This document shows, in pieces, positions 8,356 to 17,578 of a DNA stretch of 60,099 nucleotides (positions are counted from its first letter, which is position 1; every line of letters starts with the position of its first letter). The notes beneath the pieces were generated by a model. The model ran no database searches, was not told the origin of the DNA, and saw nothing but the letters and a program-made list of their open reading frames with translations. The translations under genes and the position numbers were made by a program. Source of the stretch: a virus (Duplodnaviria > Caudoviricetes); IMG/VR virus record IMGVR_UViG_3300044631_002674, positions 1 to 60,099 of that record; one strand, given 5' to 3'.

Positions 8356-8499
8356 TTATAAACATTTAAATCCTTCATAGACGGCTCGAATGATTACCAC
8401 AACCATAGCCAACATCATAATTTGTATATACCAAGGCGGCGGTGGTTCATTTTCATCTGTTTCATCGCTCCAAGGGCCAGAGTCAAATCCTTCAAACAT
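8356..8499 (-). CDS. small membrane protein (47 aa, not in ORF track)
   Basis: MFEGFDSGPWSDETDENEPPPPWYIQIMMLAMVVVIIRAVYEGFKCL*; one hydrophobic segment; fills the gap exactly. Confidence 0.55.
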   Translation of the reverse strand: MFEGFDSGPWSDETDENEPPPPWYIQIMMLAMVVVIIRAVYEGFKCL

Positions 8500-8502
8500 A
8501 TT

Positions 8503-8754
8503 TTATAGCCCCCAACTTATGCATTCTTCTTCTGTGATGATTGCAATCACATGTTCTTTATTCAAGCTATCCATGATCCATTTTTCACGATCACGATAAA
8601 CATCCCACCATTCTGAAAGCGGCAATTTTAAATCATTTTTTTGGCAGATTTCATCAATGGTTGGAACAGCGGGCCATTCGTAAAAGAATACATGGCGGTG
8701 CTTTTGCAGGTAGCCTGCTTGATGTAGTGTTTCGGCTTGAGAGTTTTTGATCAT
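8503..8754 (-). CDS. hypothetical protein
   Basis: 83-aa ORF, ATGA overlap. Confidence 0.65.
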   Translation of the reverse strand: MIKNSQAETLHQAGYLQKHRHVFFYEWPAVPTIDEICQKNDLKLPLSEWWDVYRDREKWIMDSLNKEHVIAIITEEECISWGL

Positions 8755-9443
8755 AGATTAATCTCTTCTGTATTATTATTTTGCCAAATAAAGTTGTCCC
8801 AAATTGGCGCTCCGCTTTTACGGGCGCGACCAATCTTATACCAGTATTCATCTCCTTGCAAGTTAAACTTCACAATTTTGCCAGAAAATTGATTTTCATC
8901 CAGCCATTTATAAGGATAAATATGGCGAAGATAATTACCTAATTCTTGAGCCAGAATCTTCTCCAAGAAATAAACTCGGCTATTGTATTTATTGCTCTTT
9001 CTGTCACTTTCGTAAAGAGCTTGACCAAGATCATGATTAAGTTTTTCTTTTGGCTCTTCAATCCAATCAAAAGAATAACTCCAACCATAGGGTTTTGGTT
9101 GCTTGGAGTAATCGTAAGCCCACCAAGTACGATTGAGATATGGCTCAAATTTATGAGTGGGTTTGGCGTGCATGATAGTGCGATCATCAACCGCTCGTTT
9201 TTCCGCTTCTCTAAAAATAGGGAGAAGATATTTTTGCCGCCAATTGCTGTATTGATGTTGCGCCTTTTTGTAGGCGCGAGCAATTTCGTTCAAAAATTGA
9301 ACTGGATTTTCGCGGCGATTTTTTCGTAGCAAAAATCTTCCGCGAGTTTCTGGAAGACCAATTGTTTCAAACTTATCATACCACTCCATCCAATCTTTTG
9401 ACCAGCGAGTGATTGTTTCTGTATTAATTAGTTCGTGAAGCAT
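8751..9443 (-). CDS. hypothetical protein
   Basis: about 230-aa aromatic-rich ORF. Confidence 0.7.
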   Translation of the reverse strand: MLHELINTETITRWSKDWMEWYDKFETIGLPETRGRFLLRKNRRENPVQFLNEIARAYKKAQHQYSNWRQKYLLPIFREAEKRAVDDRTIMHAKPTHKFEPYLNRTWWAYDYSKQPKPYGWSYSFDWIEEPKEKLNHDLGQALYESDRKSNKYNSRVYFLEKILAQELGNYLRHIYPYKWLDENQFSGKIVKFNLQGDEYWYKIGRARKSGAPIWDNFIWQNNNTEEINL

Positions 9444-9870
9444 TTGGGAGCAGGTTTTTGAGTTCGTCAACAATGTCTCTTAGTTTGCTCATTTTACCCT
9501 TTTGCATGTAAAAGTCAAGCTCATTTTCGACAAAAGTATTGCCGTTCTCCCATTCTTTTATATCTCTCTCGTAAGATGAAATTAGTTCTTGTAGTTTTGT
9601 TTTTAATTCTGTATTTTCTTCAATGAATTTCGCCATGCGATTTGCGCGGTCTTTAAGGTCTGGGCGTTGAATTAAAATGCTTTTTAATTTTACTTGATTG
9701 TCGTGGTTGGATTTCCACTGCTTGATTTCTTTATTAAGAGTGTCGAGAGATTTGCGCGAACAAACGTCAGCAATGCACCAATCGCCATTCCAGCCCTGCA
9801 TGGTGGCGTAGTGAGAAACTTTGAGTGCAGCTTCCCGCACATCGTTTGGAATAGCAATGTCTTCAATCAT
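9424..9870 (-). CDS. hypothetical coiled-coil protein
   Basis: ORF with probable start MIEDIAIP. Confidence 0.65.
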   Translation of the reverse strand: MIEDIAIPNDVREAALKVSHYATMQGWNGDWCIADVCSRKSLDTLNKEIKQWKSNHDNQVKLKSILIQRPDLKDRANRMAKFIEENTELKTKLQELISSYERDIKEWENGNTFVENELDFYMQKGKMSKLRDIVDELKNLLPNASRTN

Positions 9871-9875
9871 AGATT

Positions 9876-10130
9876 TTAAATCTCCCATGTGGTTGTTGAT
9901 ACATAGTCTCCACATTGATCACATGGACTTTCATCGCTCTCATATTCATCATACTGGAACACTTCGACCAGATCAGTGAGCGAACAGCAACCATCTTTCA
10001 TGTTTTCCTTGAATTTAAGGCACAGATAAATAAAAATCTGCTCCTGCTCTTCTGGAGAAATTTCTGACAAGCATTTTCCATCAAATGTCCAGCCATAAGC
10101 TGTGCATCCCTCTGTTTTAATGATTTTCAT
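9876..10130 (-). CDS. hypothetical protein
   Basis: 84 aa, C-terminal CDQCGD motif. Confidence 0.7.
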   Translation of the reverse strand: MKIIKTEGCTAYGWTFDGKCLSEISPEEQEQIFIYLCLKFKENMKDGCCSLTDLVEVFQYDEYESDESPCDQCGDYVSTTTWEI

Positions 10131-10335
10131 GATTTAAACACTTTTTGAATTCTTGTTCTGTTAGCAGATCGTCGCTGTTGTATTCTCGAAAACCATTATA
10201 ATTCTCAATTTTGAGATTCAAAAATGATTGCCACTCTTTTACTGTTTTTCTCTTGCGGAAAATTTGATCATAGTTTTCCCAATAAGAGTTTAAATTTGCT
10301 CCTTTGCGGAGTTTGTCTCCTTTTCCTGCTGACAT
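10117..10335 (-). CDS. hypothetical protein
   Basis: MSAGKGDKLRKG...YWENYDQIF. Confidence 0.65.
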   Translation of the reverse strand: MSAGKGDKLRKGANLNSYWENYDQIFRKRKTVKEWQSFLNLKIENYNGFREYNSDDLLTEQEFKKCLNHENH

Positions 10336-10934
10336 GTTTGTTTTAGAGGTTTATAGTTTTTATAGGAATCTTGTTGACGGGTGTTTTCTGAAAGGGTTCT
10401 ATACCAGCCGCCATTGCTGCATATTTCGCCTTCTTCGCCAGATACTTCACAAGTCTTGCGGCAAAGATATTCTGCAAAACAAACCATGCCAGCCACTTCT
10501 TTGTCGCCACCAGAATAGTAGAAACTTAATTCGGCAAATTTTTCCTTGACCTGGTCAATTTTAACTGCTGGTGGATATACTCTGTTATACTTGATGCATT
10601 TGTAGGAGCGTTGGCGAAACTTCTCCACAAAAGAATAGAATGGCTTGTTGTATTCCCATTTGTTGTATTTTGGAAAAAATTTGAGAAAACGCTTATGACC
10701 CCGATCTAGGCATTTGCCAATGATGCGCCACAAATAATACATTTTGTTTGTAACTTCGCCATCCAAACGATATGTGCCTTTAATGTAATCCTTAATTGCG
10801 CCACAAAGATCATCAACGATTTTCTCCCAGCCTTGAGGAACCCAAATTCCGCATGGGCACTCTGTTTCTCCAAGTTCGTTCTTGTAAAACAAGCTTGGGT
10901 ATTTGTTCATTAAACGTGTTGAGAAATCTTCCAT
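10290..10934 (-). CDS. hypothetical phage protein
   Basis: GWEKIVDDL...QVKEKFAELSFY...TCEVSG pattern. Confidence 0.7.
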   Translation of the reverse strand: MEDFSTRLMNKYPSLFYKNELGETECPCGIWVPQGWEKIVDDLCGAIKDYIKGTYRLDGEVTNKMYYLWRIIGKCLDRGHKRFLKFFPKYNKWEYNKPFYSFVEKFRQRSYKCIKYNRVYPPAVKIDQVKEKFAELSFYYSGGDKEVAGMVCFAEYLCRKTCEVSGEEGEICSNGGWYRTLSENTRQQDSYKNYKPLKQTCQQEKETNSAKEQI

Positions 10935-10935
10935 A

Positions 10936-11496
10936 TTAAAGTTTGTATGAAATTAGCCGAATATAATCGCCGAGATTAATAATCTTGCGTGAGACTAGAC
11001 CTAAAAAATTGCCAAAAGCTCTCTGCATTTTACCCCTAAAGGTTTTTCCAAATTTAATGGATTCTGATACTTCTTTTTGAAATTTTGCTAAGCGCTCTAA
11101 TCTTTCTGCTGAATCCGTCTCTTCATATTTTACTAGAGAGGTTTTTTGCAAAACTCCATCAATAAATACAAAATCCATTTCAATCCAAATATCAACTGTT
11201 TCGGACTGTAAAGAGTCGTAAGCGTTAATTGTGCAGGTTCTATTGTATGGAATTTTTTCTTTTGAAATCGGTTCCAAGAAGCCTCCAAAAGGGCCGTTTT
11301 CCTCAACCCATCTTGATTCAACTTTCTCCTCAAAAAGCTTACCTTCTTCAATAAAGAAATTTGACAATAGACAGTTAAAATCTTTGGTTTGCCAACCAAG
11401 TTCGTTTTCACCCAAAAGGGTTAAATATTTGTCAACTTTGGGGTCCGTTCCTTGAATAACGGATTTGTTAAAAATAATAGTGTCAAAAAGGCCCAT
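10936..11496 (-). CDS. hypothetical phage protein
   Basis: MGLFDTI...WQTKDF pattern. Confidence 0.7.
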   Translation of the reverse strand: MGLFDTIIFNKSVIQGTDPKVDKYLTLLGENELGWQTKDFNCLLSNFFIEEGKLFEEKVESRWVEENGPFGGFLEPISKEKIPYNRTCTINAYDSLQSETVDIWIEMDFVFIDGVLQKTSLVKYEETDSAERLERLAKFQKEVSESIKFGKTFRGKMQRAFGNFLGLVSRKIINLGDYIRLISYKL

Positions 11497-11504
11497 TTTT
11501 TTTA

Positions 11505-11705
11505 TTAGTTAAAGTTTGGTTCTCTCAAAAGATTTTCGATCTTCTGAATATTGTCAACGATAACATCTTGATTCATTGCAATGCGGCCATAGTAGATGCC
11601 CAAGCATGGAGAATAAAATTGTTCATAAAATTCTTTTTTCTTGCGCATGATTTCTAAATCGGTTTGCAGTTGCGCGATTTGATCTTTTAACATTTCTTCG
11701 TTCAT
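11505..11705 (-). CDS. hypothetical protein
   Basis: 66-aa ORF. Confidence 0.6.
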   Translation of the reverse strand: MNEEMLKDQIAQLQTDLEIMRKKKEFYEQFYSPCLGIYYGRIAMNQDVIVDNIQKIENLLREPNFN

Positions 11706-11860
11706 GATTCGTCTGGAAAGAAAAAGTTGGATTCTGTCGCTAAAATAACATACCGATCATTTGTGCCGTCAGGAATGAAAACTTCGTTTTCATCTAGCCA
11801 GCCAGTTTGACCATAACTCAAGTGGATTTCGTCTTTGCCAATATAAATTGCGCGTTTCAT
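11702..11860 (-). CDS. hypothetical protein (52 aa, not in ORF track)
   Basis: MKRAIYIGKDEIHLSYGQTGW...; ATGA overlaps on both sides. Confidence 0.55.
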   Translation of the reverse strand: MKRAIYIGKDEIHLSYGQTGWLDENEVFIPDGTNDRYVILATESNFFFPDES

Positions 11861-11946
11861 TGTCGTTTAAAAATAATTTCAAAAAAGGGTTCTTTGGCGG
11901 ATAGTGCGGCGACGAACATTAGAATGAAGCTGATAAGTATATCCAT
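11857..11946 (-). CDS. 29-aa hydrophobic peptide (not in ORF track)
   Basis: MDILISFILMFVAALSAKEPFFEIIFKRQ*; directly behind a TTGACT-16-TATATT promoter (11953-11980). Confidence 0.45.
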   Translation of the reverse strand: MDILISFILMFVAALSAKEPFFEIIFKRQ

Positions 11947-11976
11947 GCTCTTAATATAGAGGTGTTTTTGGAGAAG

Positions 11977-12783
11977 TCAAATGTTTTGATAAGGTTTTTC
12001 GCGAAACCATTTTGTTAAAATGAATTTTTCGCCATCTTCCACTGGCATTCCCCAATGTTTTGATTCAGGAATATTTGAGCCGTCTCTTGTGTTTTGCCAC
12101 AAAATCATGGTTCCCATTTCTGGTTTTGTTTCCAAATCAATTTCTGTAAAACGTGTATAGCCACCTTTAGGAGTGTTGTTTAAGTAAATCATGGCGGTCC
12201 ATGTGCGATTGCCATGCAATTCAACTTGACGTTTCTGCTCATCGGTTAAAGAAAAAAGCGAATCAAAATGAGGCTTAAATTGTTCGCCAACTTTGTAGTA
12301 TTGGCCTTGAATTTGCTCGCTGTATTTTTCTGGAATATCAACAATATTTAAAATCGCGTCTTCAATTTCAGAAACGATTGGATTAGTTTTGCGAAACAAA
12401 TGAGCAGTTGAACTTGTGCGAAAGTCTGAAATTTTACTTCCGCCATTGTCATAATCAATGACGGAAGATTTTTGGCATTTTTCTTTGATCACTTCAATGG
12501 TTTTCAAACACTGCCCTTCTGTCAAGACGTTTTTGATTTTAAAGATGTTTAATTTGTCCGAAAGTCTTTCGGCATTATTATTTTTGAGAATATTCTCAAT
12601 TTTGAGAATTGGGGCAGAGGAATCAGTTTGGAAAAGATTTGGCAGTCCGAATTCATTAATAATGAGTTGTTTATCAAACCCTTTTTCCAGCAGAATTTCG
12701 GCCAATTCTCGTTTAGGCGAACCTCTCCTCACATTATCCCAAATCCAAAATTTCCAAGAATCGTCAAAGCTGGTCTTTTTCAT
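11977..12783 (-). CDS. prolyl 4-hydroxylase-type 2OG-Fe(II) oxygenase
   Basis: RTSST, EQIQGQYY..GEQFKPHFD, RTWTAMIYLN..PKGGYTRF, HWGMPVEDGEK..LTKW. Confidence 0.88.
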   Translation of the reverse strand: MKKTSFDDSWKFWIWDNVRRGSPKRELAEILLEKGFDKQLIINEFGLPNLFQTDSSAPILKIENILKNNNAERLSDKLNIFKIKNVLTEGQCLKTIEVIKEKCQKSSVIDYDNGGSKISDFRTSSTAHLFRKTNPIVSEIEDAILNIVDIPEKYSEQIQGQYYKVGEQFKPHFDSLFSLTDEQKRQVELHGNRTWTAMIYLNNTPKGGYTRFTEIDLETKPEMGTMILWQNTRDGSNIPESKHWGMPVEDGEKFILTKWFREKPYQNI

Positions 12784-12803
12784 GCAAGAGATACGCTTCT
12801 AGC

Positions 12804-12809
12804 GTGTAA
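12804..12809 (+). promoter_or_regulatory. GTGTAA putative phage-specific promoter motif
   Basis: 8 nt upstream of GTG start; recurs at the same spacing before other genes. Confidence 0.55.
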
Positions 12810-12817
12810 ATACTATC

Positions 12818-13483
12818 GTGAAAATAGACAAGAAAGCTCGCGCTATTTTAAACTCTTTTCCAAAAGATGTTCAGGATTATTTTCAAGAAATTGATGACAA
12901 GTGCAAAAAATCTGGCGTTCAATTTCGTGTCTCAGGAGGCAGGGCAGTGTATTCGGGCGGAGGCCGCTGTGGCGGATTCTTTTCTGATTCTCCGAGAGAG
13001 TTGGCTATTGCAGTCAACAAGCCCTTAAAATGGGTGATTGCCACACTGGTTCATGAGGATTCTCATTTTGATCAATGGTTGGATAGCCAATCAATCTGGT
13101 ATAATGAGACAGTTGCTCGTAATTTTAATAGTTTTTTTGATTGGTTATCAAAGACAAAAAACATTAAAAATCCAACAGAGAGCGCCAAACATGTGATCTC
13201 TCTTGAATCTGATTGTGAAAGACGTTCGATTAAAAAAATAAAAAAAAGATGGTCGCACGTTATTTCGCCAGAAGAGTATGCTCAGTCTGCTAATGCTTAT
13301 ATGTTTTCTTATTTGTATATGGCGCACTCAAGAAAGTGGATTTCTGAGTCTGTAAAAATTAAAAACAAATGTTTTTATAGAAATTTCCCGCAAAAAATAC
13401 TCGGTAAATTTGAGAACTTGTCTGAGAAATATTTTGAGCTTTTTCGCAGATATGACCGAAAATGCAAGAGCGGCTCCAAATAG
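12818..13483 (+). CDS. putative zincin-type metalloprotease
   Basis: LVHEDSH (HExxH) with downstream LESDCE. Confidence 0.55.
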   Translation: MKIDKKARAILNSFPKDVQDYFQEIDDKCKKSGVQFRVSGGRAVYSGGGRCGGFFSDSPRELAIAVNKPLKWVIATLVHEDSHFDQWLDSQSIWYNETVARNFNSFFDWLSKTKNIKNPTESAKHVISLESDCERRSIKKIKKRWSHVISPEEYAQSANAYMFSYLYMAHSRKWISESVKIKNKCFYRNFPQKILGKFENLSEKYFELFRRYDRKCKSGSK

Positions 13484-13492
13484 AGCCGCTCT
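13467..13492. terminator. hairpin between convergent genes
   Basis: AGAGCGGCTC-caaata-GAGCCGCTCT 10-bp stem; no clear U-tract. Confidence 0.55.
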
Positions 13493-13525
13493 GCGTCCTA
13501 CAACTCAAAGTTTGTAAGAGAGGTT

Positions 13526-13705
13526 TTATTTATCTTTAGCCTTGCCAACATTCAAAGCGAGCCAATCAACAACCTTGTAAAGCTTGCCAGCCCAAGTGTC
13601 GTCTTTAGGAGTGGGAGTGAGAGCAGCAATAGCTGAAAAAGCAGCAATAACTGCTGTAACAGCATGAACAATGTCAAGTTGGTGAGTGAGAATCCAAGTA
13701 ATCAT
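13526..13705 (-). CDS. small membrane protein, holin-like (59 aa, not in ORF track)
   Basis: MITWILTHQLDIVHAVTAVIAAFSAIAALTPTPKDDTWAGKLYKVVDWLALNVGKAKDK*; GTGTAA 8 nt upstream. Confidence 0.65.
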   Translation of the reverse strand: MITWILTHQLDIVHAVTAVIAAFSAIAALTPTPKDDTWAGKLYKVVDWLALNVGKAKDK

Positions 13706-13732
13706 ACAATTCTTTACACTTAAAAAATAGAT

Positions 13733-14470
13733 TTATTTTTCAATTCTGTGTTCAAAATGCTCGTCAATATTAAGGCAGCGAAAAACTGTGCCTTCATATT
13801 CAGTAACTAAAGACTGATGGAAATGAGCGAAGTACCAGTATTTAGGTTTGGTTTTGTCCCAAAGTTTTTCCATATCCATGCTTTCTTGAATAAGCTCTTC
13901 TTTGAGGGTGCCGTCACCATCCAAGAATATTTTGATATTGTCAAATCCCTTAAAAGCTCCGCAATTAGCTGGACGAGTATGAGTCGCGACAATATCATAT
14001 TTTTTATAATCGAAATCGTCTTGATAAACAAAAACTTCATCAGGCCACCATAAACGTCTTTCGTCTCCATGTTTTTGAAGCTTTTCGTTTTCTTTAATTC
14101 TCCATGCTCTATCAATACTGATAGCTCCTCCTACCCAAAGAATATTTTGAGATAATAAATTTAGCTCTGAATAATCCTTGAGTAAGGTTATATTACTTAA
14201 ATCAAAAGGATTATTTGTCTCGCGGAAGTAGTCGGGATTGTCATGATTTCCTTTTCCCGCATAAAGATGAATATTTCTCTCTATTAATTGTTTATTCAAA
14301 TTACTGAATTCAGTTTTATAATAATTAGGCTTGTGGAAGCCTACGCCAACATCTCCCAATATAAATAAATATGAATCACGATGATTATATCGACCAATAT
14401 CGTAATTAAGTTTGGAATAGTTTCCATGGATGTCTCCAATAAAAATTATTTGATTTTTAGCGTCTTTCAT
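13733..14470 (-). CDS. calcineurin-like metallophosphoesterase
   Basis: GDIHG, LGDVG, GNHD, THT, HFH motifs. Confidence 0.9.
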   Translation of the reverse strand: MKDAKNQIIFIGDIHGNYSKLNYDIGRYNHRDSYLFILGDVGVGFHKPNYYKTEFSNLNKQLIERNIHLYAGKGNHDNPDYFRETNNPFDLSNITLLKDYSELNLLSQNILWVGGAISIDRAWRIKENEKLQKHGDERRLWWPDEVFVYQDDFDYKKYDIVATHTRPANCGAFKGFDNIKIFLDGDGTLKEELIQESMDMEKLWDKTKPKYWYFAHFHQSLVTEYEGTVFRCLNIDEHFEHRIEK

Positions 14471-14483
14471 GATAATATTAAAT

Positions 14484-14679
14484 ATGAAACGTCATAATAT
14501 AAACGAATCAGATGTACTTGTCAAGCTTGAATGGGCATGGTTTTTAGGATTTTTTTTGGCAGATGGTTCTTTTTATCCAAAAAGAAACTTCTAAAATTGC
14601 TGAACTTTTATATGGTCAGAATTCAGACATTTGTTTGCAGAGAAAATATATACTGGCAAAAAATATGATATTGAATTAG
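14484..14679 (+). pseudogene. internally deleted LAGLIDADG homing endonuclease remnant
   Basis: MKRHNINESD...AWFLGFFLADGS then stop; shifted frame gives KIAELLYG...ICLQRKY, a typical HEG C-terminal pattern. Confidence 0.7.
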
Positions 14680-14699
14680 TTTTATTTTTTATCATATTT

Positions 14700-14894
14700 T
14701 TATTTAAAATCGTTTATAACGTAATCCCAAAGACTGTCTGTTTCTGGATTTGGAAGTCTGTCAGGAATATTTAATTGTTCAATGAGCATTTTCCAATGTT
14801 CATCAATTTCTTCTTGAAGATATTGAATATGACTCTTGTAAACTTCAATGATAGCAGTCTCTTGATCGTTGTATTCTCTTGGGCCGATTTTCAT
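14700..14894 (-). CDS. hypothetical protein
   Basis: probable start MKIGPRE, ATGA overlap. Confidence 0.6.
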   Translation of the reverse strand: MKIGPREYNDQETAIIEVYKSHIQYLQEEIDEHWKMLIEQLNIPDRLPNPETDSLWDYVINDFK

Positions 14895-15136
14895 GAAAGT
14901 CTTTCTTTTTCTTTTTGCATCCAGCTTATAGCACAATCATAGTTGCAAAATTCTAATGAATGATTTGTGCTATAAAAATATGATGGAGTTCCAACTTGTT
15001 TTACAGGATTAATAACTTTGTCCCACTTGCTCCAATTCTTGGGACCGCCGCTAGGAATAAAACCTGATTCTTTGCTTTCGTCAAAAACCAAACCACAATG
15101 GTCGCATGTATGTCGTTGAATAGTATAACTTGCCAT
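14891..15136 (-). CDS. hypothetical Zn-finger-like protein
   Basis: CDHCG...FCNYDC. Confidence 0.65.
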   Translation of the reverse strand: MASYTIQRHTCDHCGLVFDESKESGFIPSGGPKNWSKWDKVINPVKQVGTPSYFYSTNHSLEFCNYDCAISWMQKEKERLS

Positions 15137-15137
15137 A

Positions 15138-15572
15138 TTATTTGATCATTAGATAATTGTGCAGCATAATGTCGTTCGGGTTTGGCACCAGCTTGTCAGG
15201 AATTCTAGCATCATATAGCTCTTGTTTAGCATCATGAATAGTTTTTCCATCACGTTCACACTTTGCAATGATTACTGCGGCAGGGCTTCTGCTGTAGCCC
15301 GCCATGCAGTGAACTAGCAGTTTATCAACTGGCGCAAGCTCTCGAACAAATTCGATAATCTGGCGAACATGCCCTTCATTAGGACAATCTTTAAATGTAG
15401 CTCCAGTAACATGTATTTGATCAAATGTAATATCTTCAAAGTCTAGAAACAAATACTTCTTTCTTTCACGAAACTGTTCTGGTAGAAAATGCCCAAGAGA
15501 AATAACCGCATGATAATCTTTGGCGTATTTTTCTGCATTGGCAAAGTCTGTGTAGTGGTTAACTGTGTTCAT
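15138..15572 (-). CDS. protein-tyrosine/dual-specificity phosphatase-like protein
   Basis: LVHCMAGYSRS (HCx5R) P-loop; FEDI motif; PNPN. Confidence 0.88.
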   Translation of the reverse strand: MNTVNHYTDFANAEKYAKDYHAVISLGHFLPEQFRERKKYLFLDFEDITFDQIHVTGATFKDCPNEGHVRQIIEFVRELAPVDKLLVHCMAGYSRSPAAVIIAKCERDGKTIHDAKQELYDARIPDKLVPNPNDIMLHNYLMIK

Positions 15573-15816
15573 GTTTTTCTACATTAATGTATTCAAATCT
15601 TTTATCAACAGAAAAATTAAATATTTCAAGAACCATCTGTTCAGCGTCACGTTGATGCTGCTCTGGTATTGAATCAATGAATTTATTGAATAAAACCATC
15701 AACGTTGTAGCCATCATTGATGGTGTAAGATTAAAATCTTTTACAAATTTAGCTGCAACAAAGCCTCTAGCCTCATCAAGCATGATTTCTATAATGTTTT
15801 GCCAATTTTGTTGCAT
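15559..15816 (-). CDS. hypothetical protein (probable paralog of 5585..5854)
   Basis: 85 aa; TTGACG-16-TATAAT promoter at 15822-15849. Confidence 0.7.
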   Translation of the reverse strand: MQQNWQNIIEIMLDEARGFVAAKFVKDFNLTPSMMATTLMVLFNKFIDSIPEQHQRDAEQMVLEIFNFSVDKRFEYINVEKHEHS

Positions 15817-15829
15817 ATTCTATTATAGC

Positions 15830-16513
15830 TTAATATCCAAAAGCGTCAAGTGTATATTTGAAAGGATTGCCTTCGATGTTTTTGACAAGATCAAGCATAG
15901 TGGAAGCAATATCGTGAATTTCTTTTTGAGCGTGCTCGCTTTTTCTAAGCTTTAGAAAATTCGCAAAACTACGCATGTTAAACATTAGGTCTGATTGAAT
16001 TTGTGAATTATAAGTCTTAAAATATCTAGCTGATTCCTTGGCGCGTTTGCGACCAAGAACGGGTTCAATATCTCTAATACATTGATGATAAAGATCATTG
16101 CCTAGCTTTGTATATCTTTCAAGTACATCTTGCCAATCTTCATCATTAGCTGCAAAAACAAATTCTTCATAACATTCTGAAGTAACACTATTTGTAACTT
16201 TAATTTCTTTCCAGTCATTAGGAATGTAAAACTTATCTTCTTTTAGTTCTTTATAGCGTGCTGATTCAGCATTAAGGCTAGAAATTCGGTGTTTTAAAAG
16301 ATGAACGTGCGAAGCGATGTCGCAGTCTATAAGAAAATGCACGACTCCTTTTTCAAATGGAGTTTCATGACCATTACTCCATAGCATGTTGATAAGTTTA
16401 GGAATACGTTCACGCTTATCTTCTGTAATATCTCGGCTAGTGCTAGTCCAGGCTGAGCAAGCAATCACTTCGTCGCTTCCATAGTGGCCGATTAACTGAA
16501 TTTTATTAGTCAT
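15830..16513 (-). CDS. thyX: FAD-dependent thymidylate synthase
   Basis: GHETPFE, HLLKHRISSLNAESARY, ESARY, NMRS..NFLKLR...HAQKEI. Confidence 0.92.
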   Translation of the reverse strand: MTNKIQLIGHYGSDEVIACSAWTSTSRDITEDKRERIPKLINMLWSNGHETPFEKGVVHFLIDCDIASHVHLLKHRISSLNAESARYKELKEDKFYIPNDWKEIKVTNSVTSECYEEFVFAANDEDWQDVLERYTKLGNDLYHQCIRDIEPVLGRKRAKESARYFKTYNSQIQSDLMFNMRSFANFLKLRKSEHAQKEIHDIASTMLDLVKNIEGNPFKYTLDAFGY

Positions 16514-16515
16514 AT

Positions 16516-16839
16516 TTATAGCTTATTACTTCTTTCGATTTCTTTGATTTTAAGTTTTGCGTAAGCTTGTAAAATTTCATTTAGTTGTTGGCTATCGCCG
16601 CTATATTCTGTACCGATGACAATCATGAGATTAGATTTCAAACTGCCGTCTGGCAATTCATTAATAAATTCCTGCAAGGTCTTTGCTGGTCGCAAAGCTT
16701 CTGGAGAGATTTTGATATTTTTGATAATCTCTTGGGTTTGGCTCTGGTCTTGTGAACTGTTATAATTAACAGCAATGATGATTGCTGTGGAAACAACATA
16801 GATTGCAGCAATGATGGTGACAATTGTTTTATGATTCAT
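16516..16839 (-). CDS. hypothetical membrane-anchored protein
   Basis: N-terminal hydrophobic helix. Confidence 0.7.
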   Translation of the reverse strand: MNHKTIVTIIAAIYVVSTAIIIAVNYNSSQDQSQTQEIIKNIKISPEALRPAKTLQEFINELPDGSLKSNLMIVIGTEYSGDSQQLNEILQAYAKLKIKEIERSNKL

Positions 16840-16990
16840 ATTTAATTAAATCTGGATTTCTTTCCAAGAGGTGTGACACAATGTACACACATTCTTGCGC
16901 TGTAAAACTTGTTTTTAAATCGCACACTTCACAAATGGCCTCCACTTCTTGCATGTAGAGTTGATAGAGTTTTTCTTTATTAATTTTCAT
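16829..16990 (-). CDS. hypothetical protein (53 aa, not in ORF track)
   Basis: MKINKEKLYQLYMQEVEAICEVCDLK...; fills the gap with overlaps. Confidence 0.55.
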   Translation of the reverse strand: MKINKEKLYQLYMQEVEAICEVCDLKTSFTAQECVYIVSHLLERNPDLIKYES

Positions 16991-17571
16991 GTCCACATGT
17001 AGTCACGGTATTCAATCATTTGCTTGAGAATGTTGGTGTCAGTCTCGCTAATGAGTTTCTCCATTTTATTAAGCTCTCCATAGAGTTCTTCATAGGATTT
17101 GCCCTTTTGAAGGTCTGTAAGAGGATGCGGAGGATAAAGAGCGTTTGCTTGTGATTCACAATTTGGTTTGCCAACAGTAATCCAATGAGCGGAAGAATCA
17201 AGCCAATTCTTGAATTTGCGTTGTTCTGGAGTTGCATCCCAATCAACCCATGATTCATCAGCCTCTTTCTTGAAACTAAGAATCATTGCAAAATTAAGAT
17301 CAACAACAAGATTTGCAATATCAACCCAAGTGCGAGGAATAGCTTTGCGAAGCTCTTGATGCTTGGGGAAGAAAAAGCATTTAATTTTGTATTTAAAAGT
17401 TTGGAACCGCATCCATTTAATGCGGAAAAAAGTGGTGACTTCTTCGCGGAAGAAGTATTGAACGGGATGGTTCTTTTTTGTTTCTTTTTCCCAAGCTGTC
17501 CAGCCAACGGTGTCATCGTGCGGATTCCATTCGAGACTGTGGGGTTTTTTATACCAAAAGTTCTTGATCAT
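16987..17571 (-). CDS. hypothetical protein
   Basis: 194-aa ORF with TTGACA upstream. Confidence 0.7.
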   Translation of the reverse strand: MIKNFWYKKPHSLEWNPHDDTVGWTAWEKETKKNHPVQYFFREEVTTFFRIKWMRFQTFKYKIKCFFFPKHQELRKAIPRTWVDIANLVVDLNFAMILSFKKEADESWVDWDATPEQRKFKNWLDSSAHWITVGKPNCESQANALYPPHPLTDLQKGKSYEELYGELNKMEKLISETDTNILKQMIEYRDYMWT

Positions 17572-17578
17572 ACTTATA

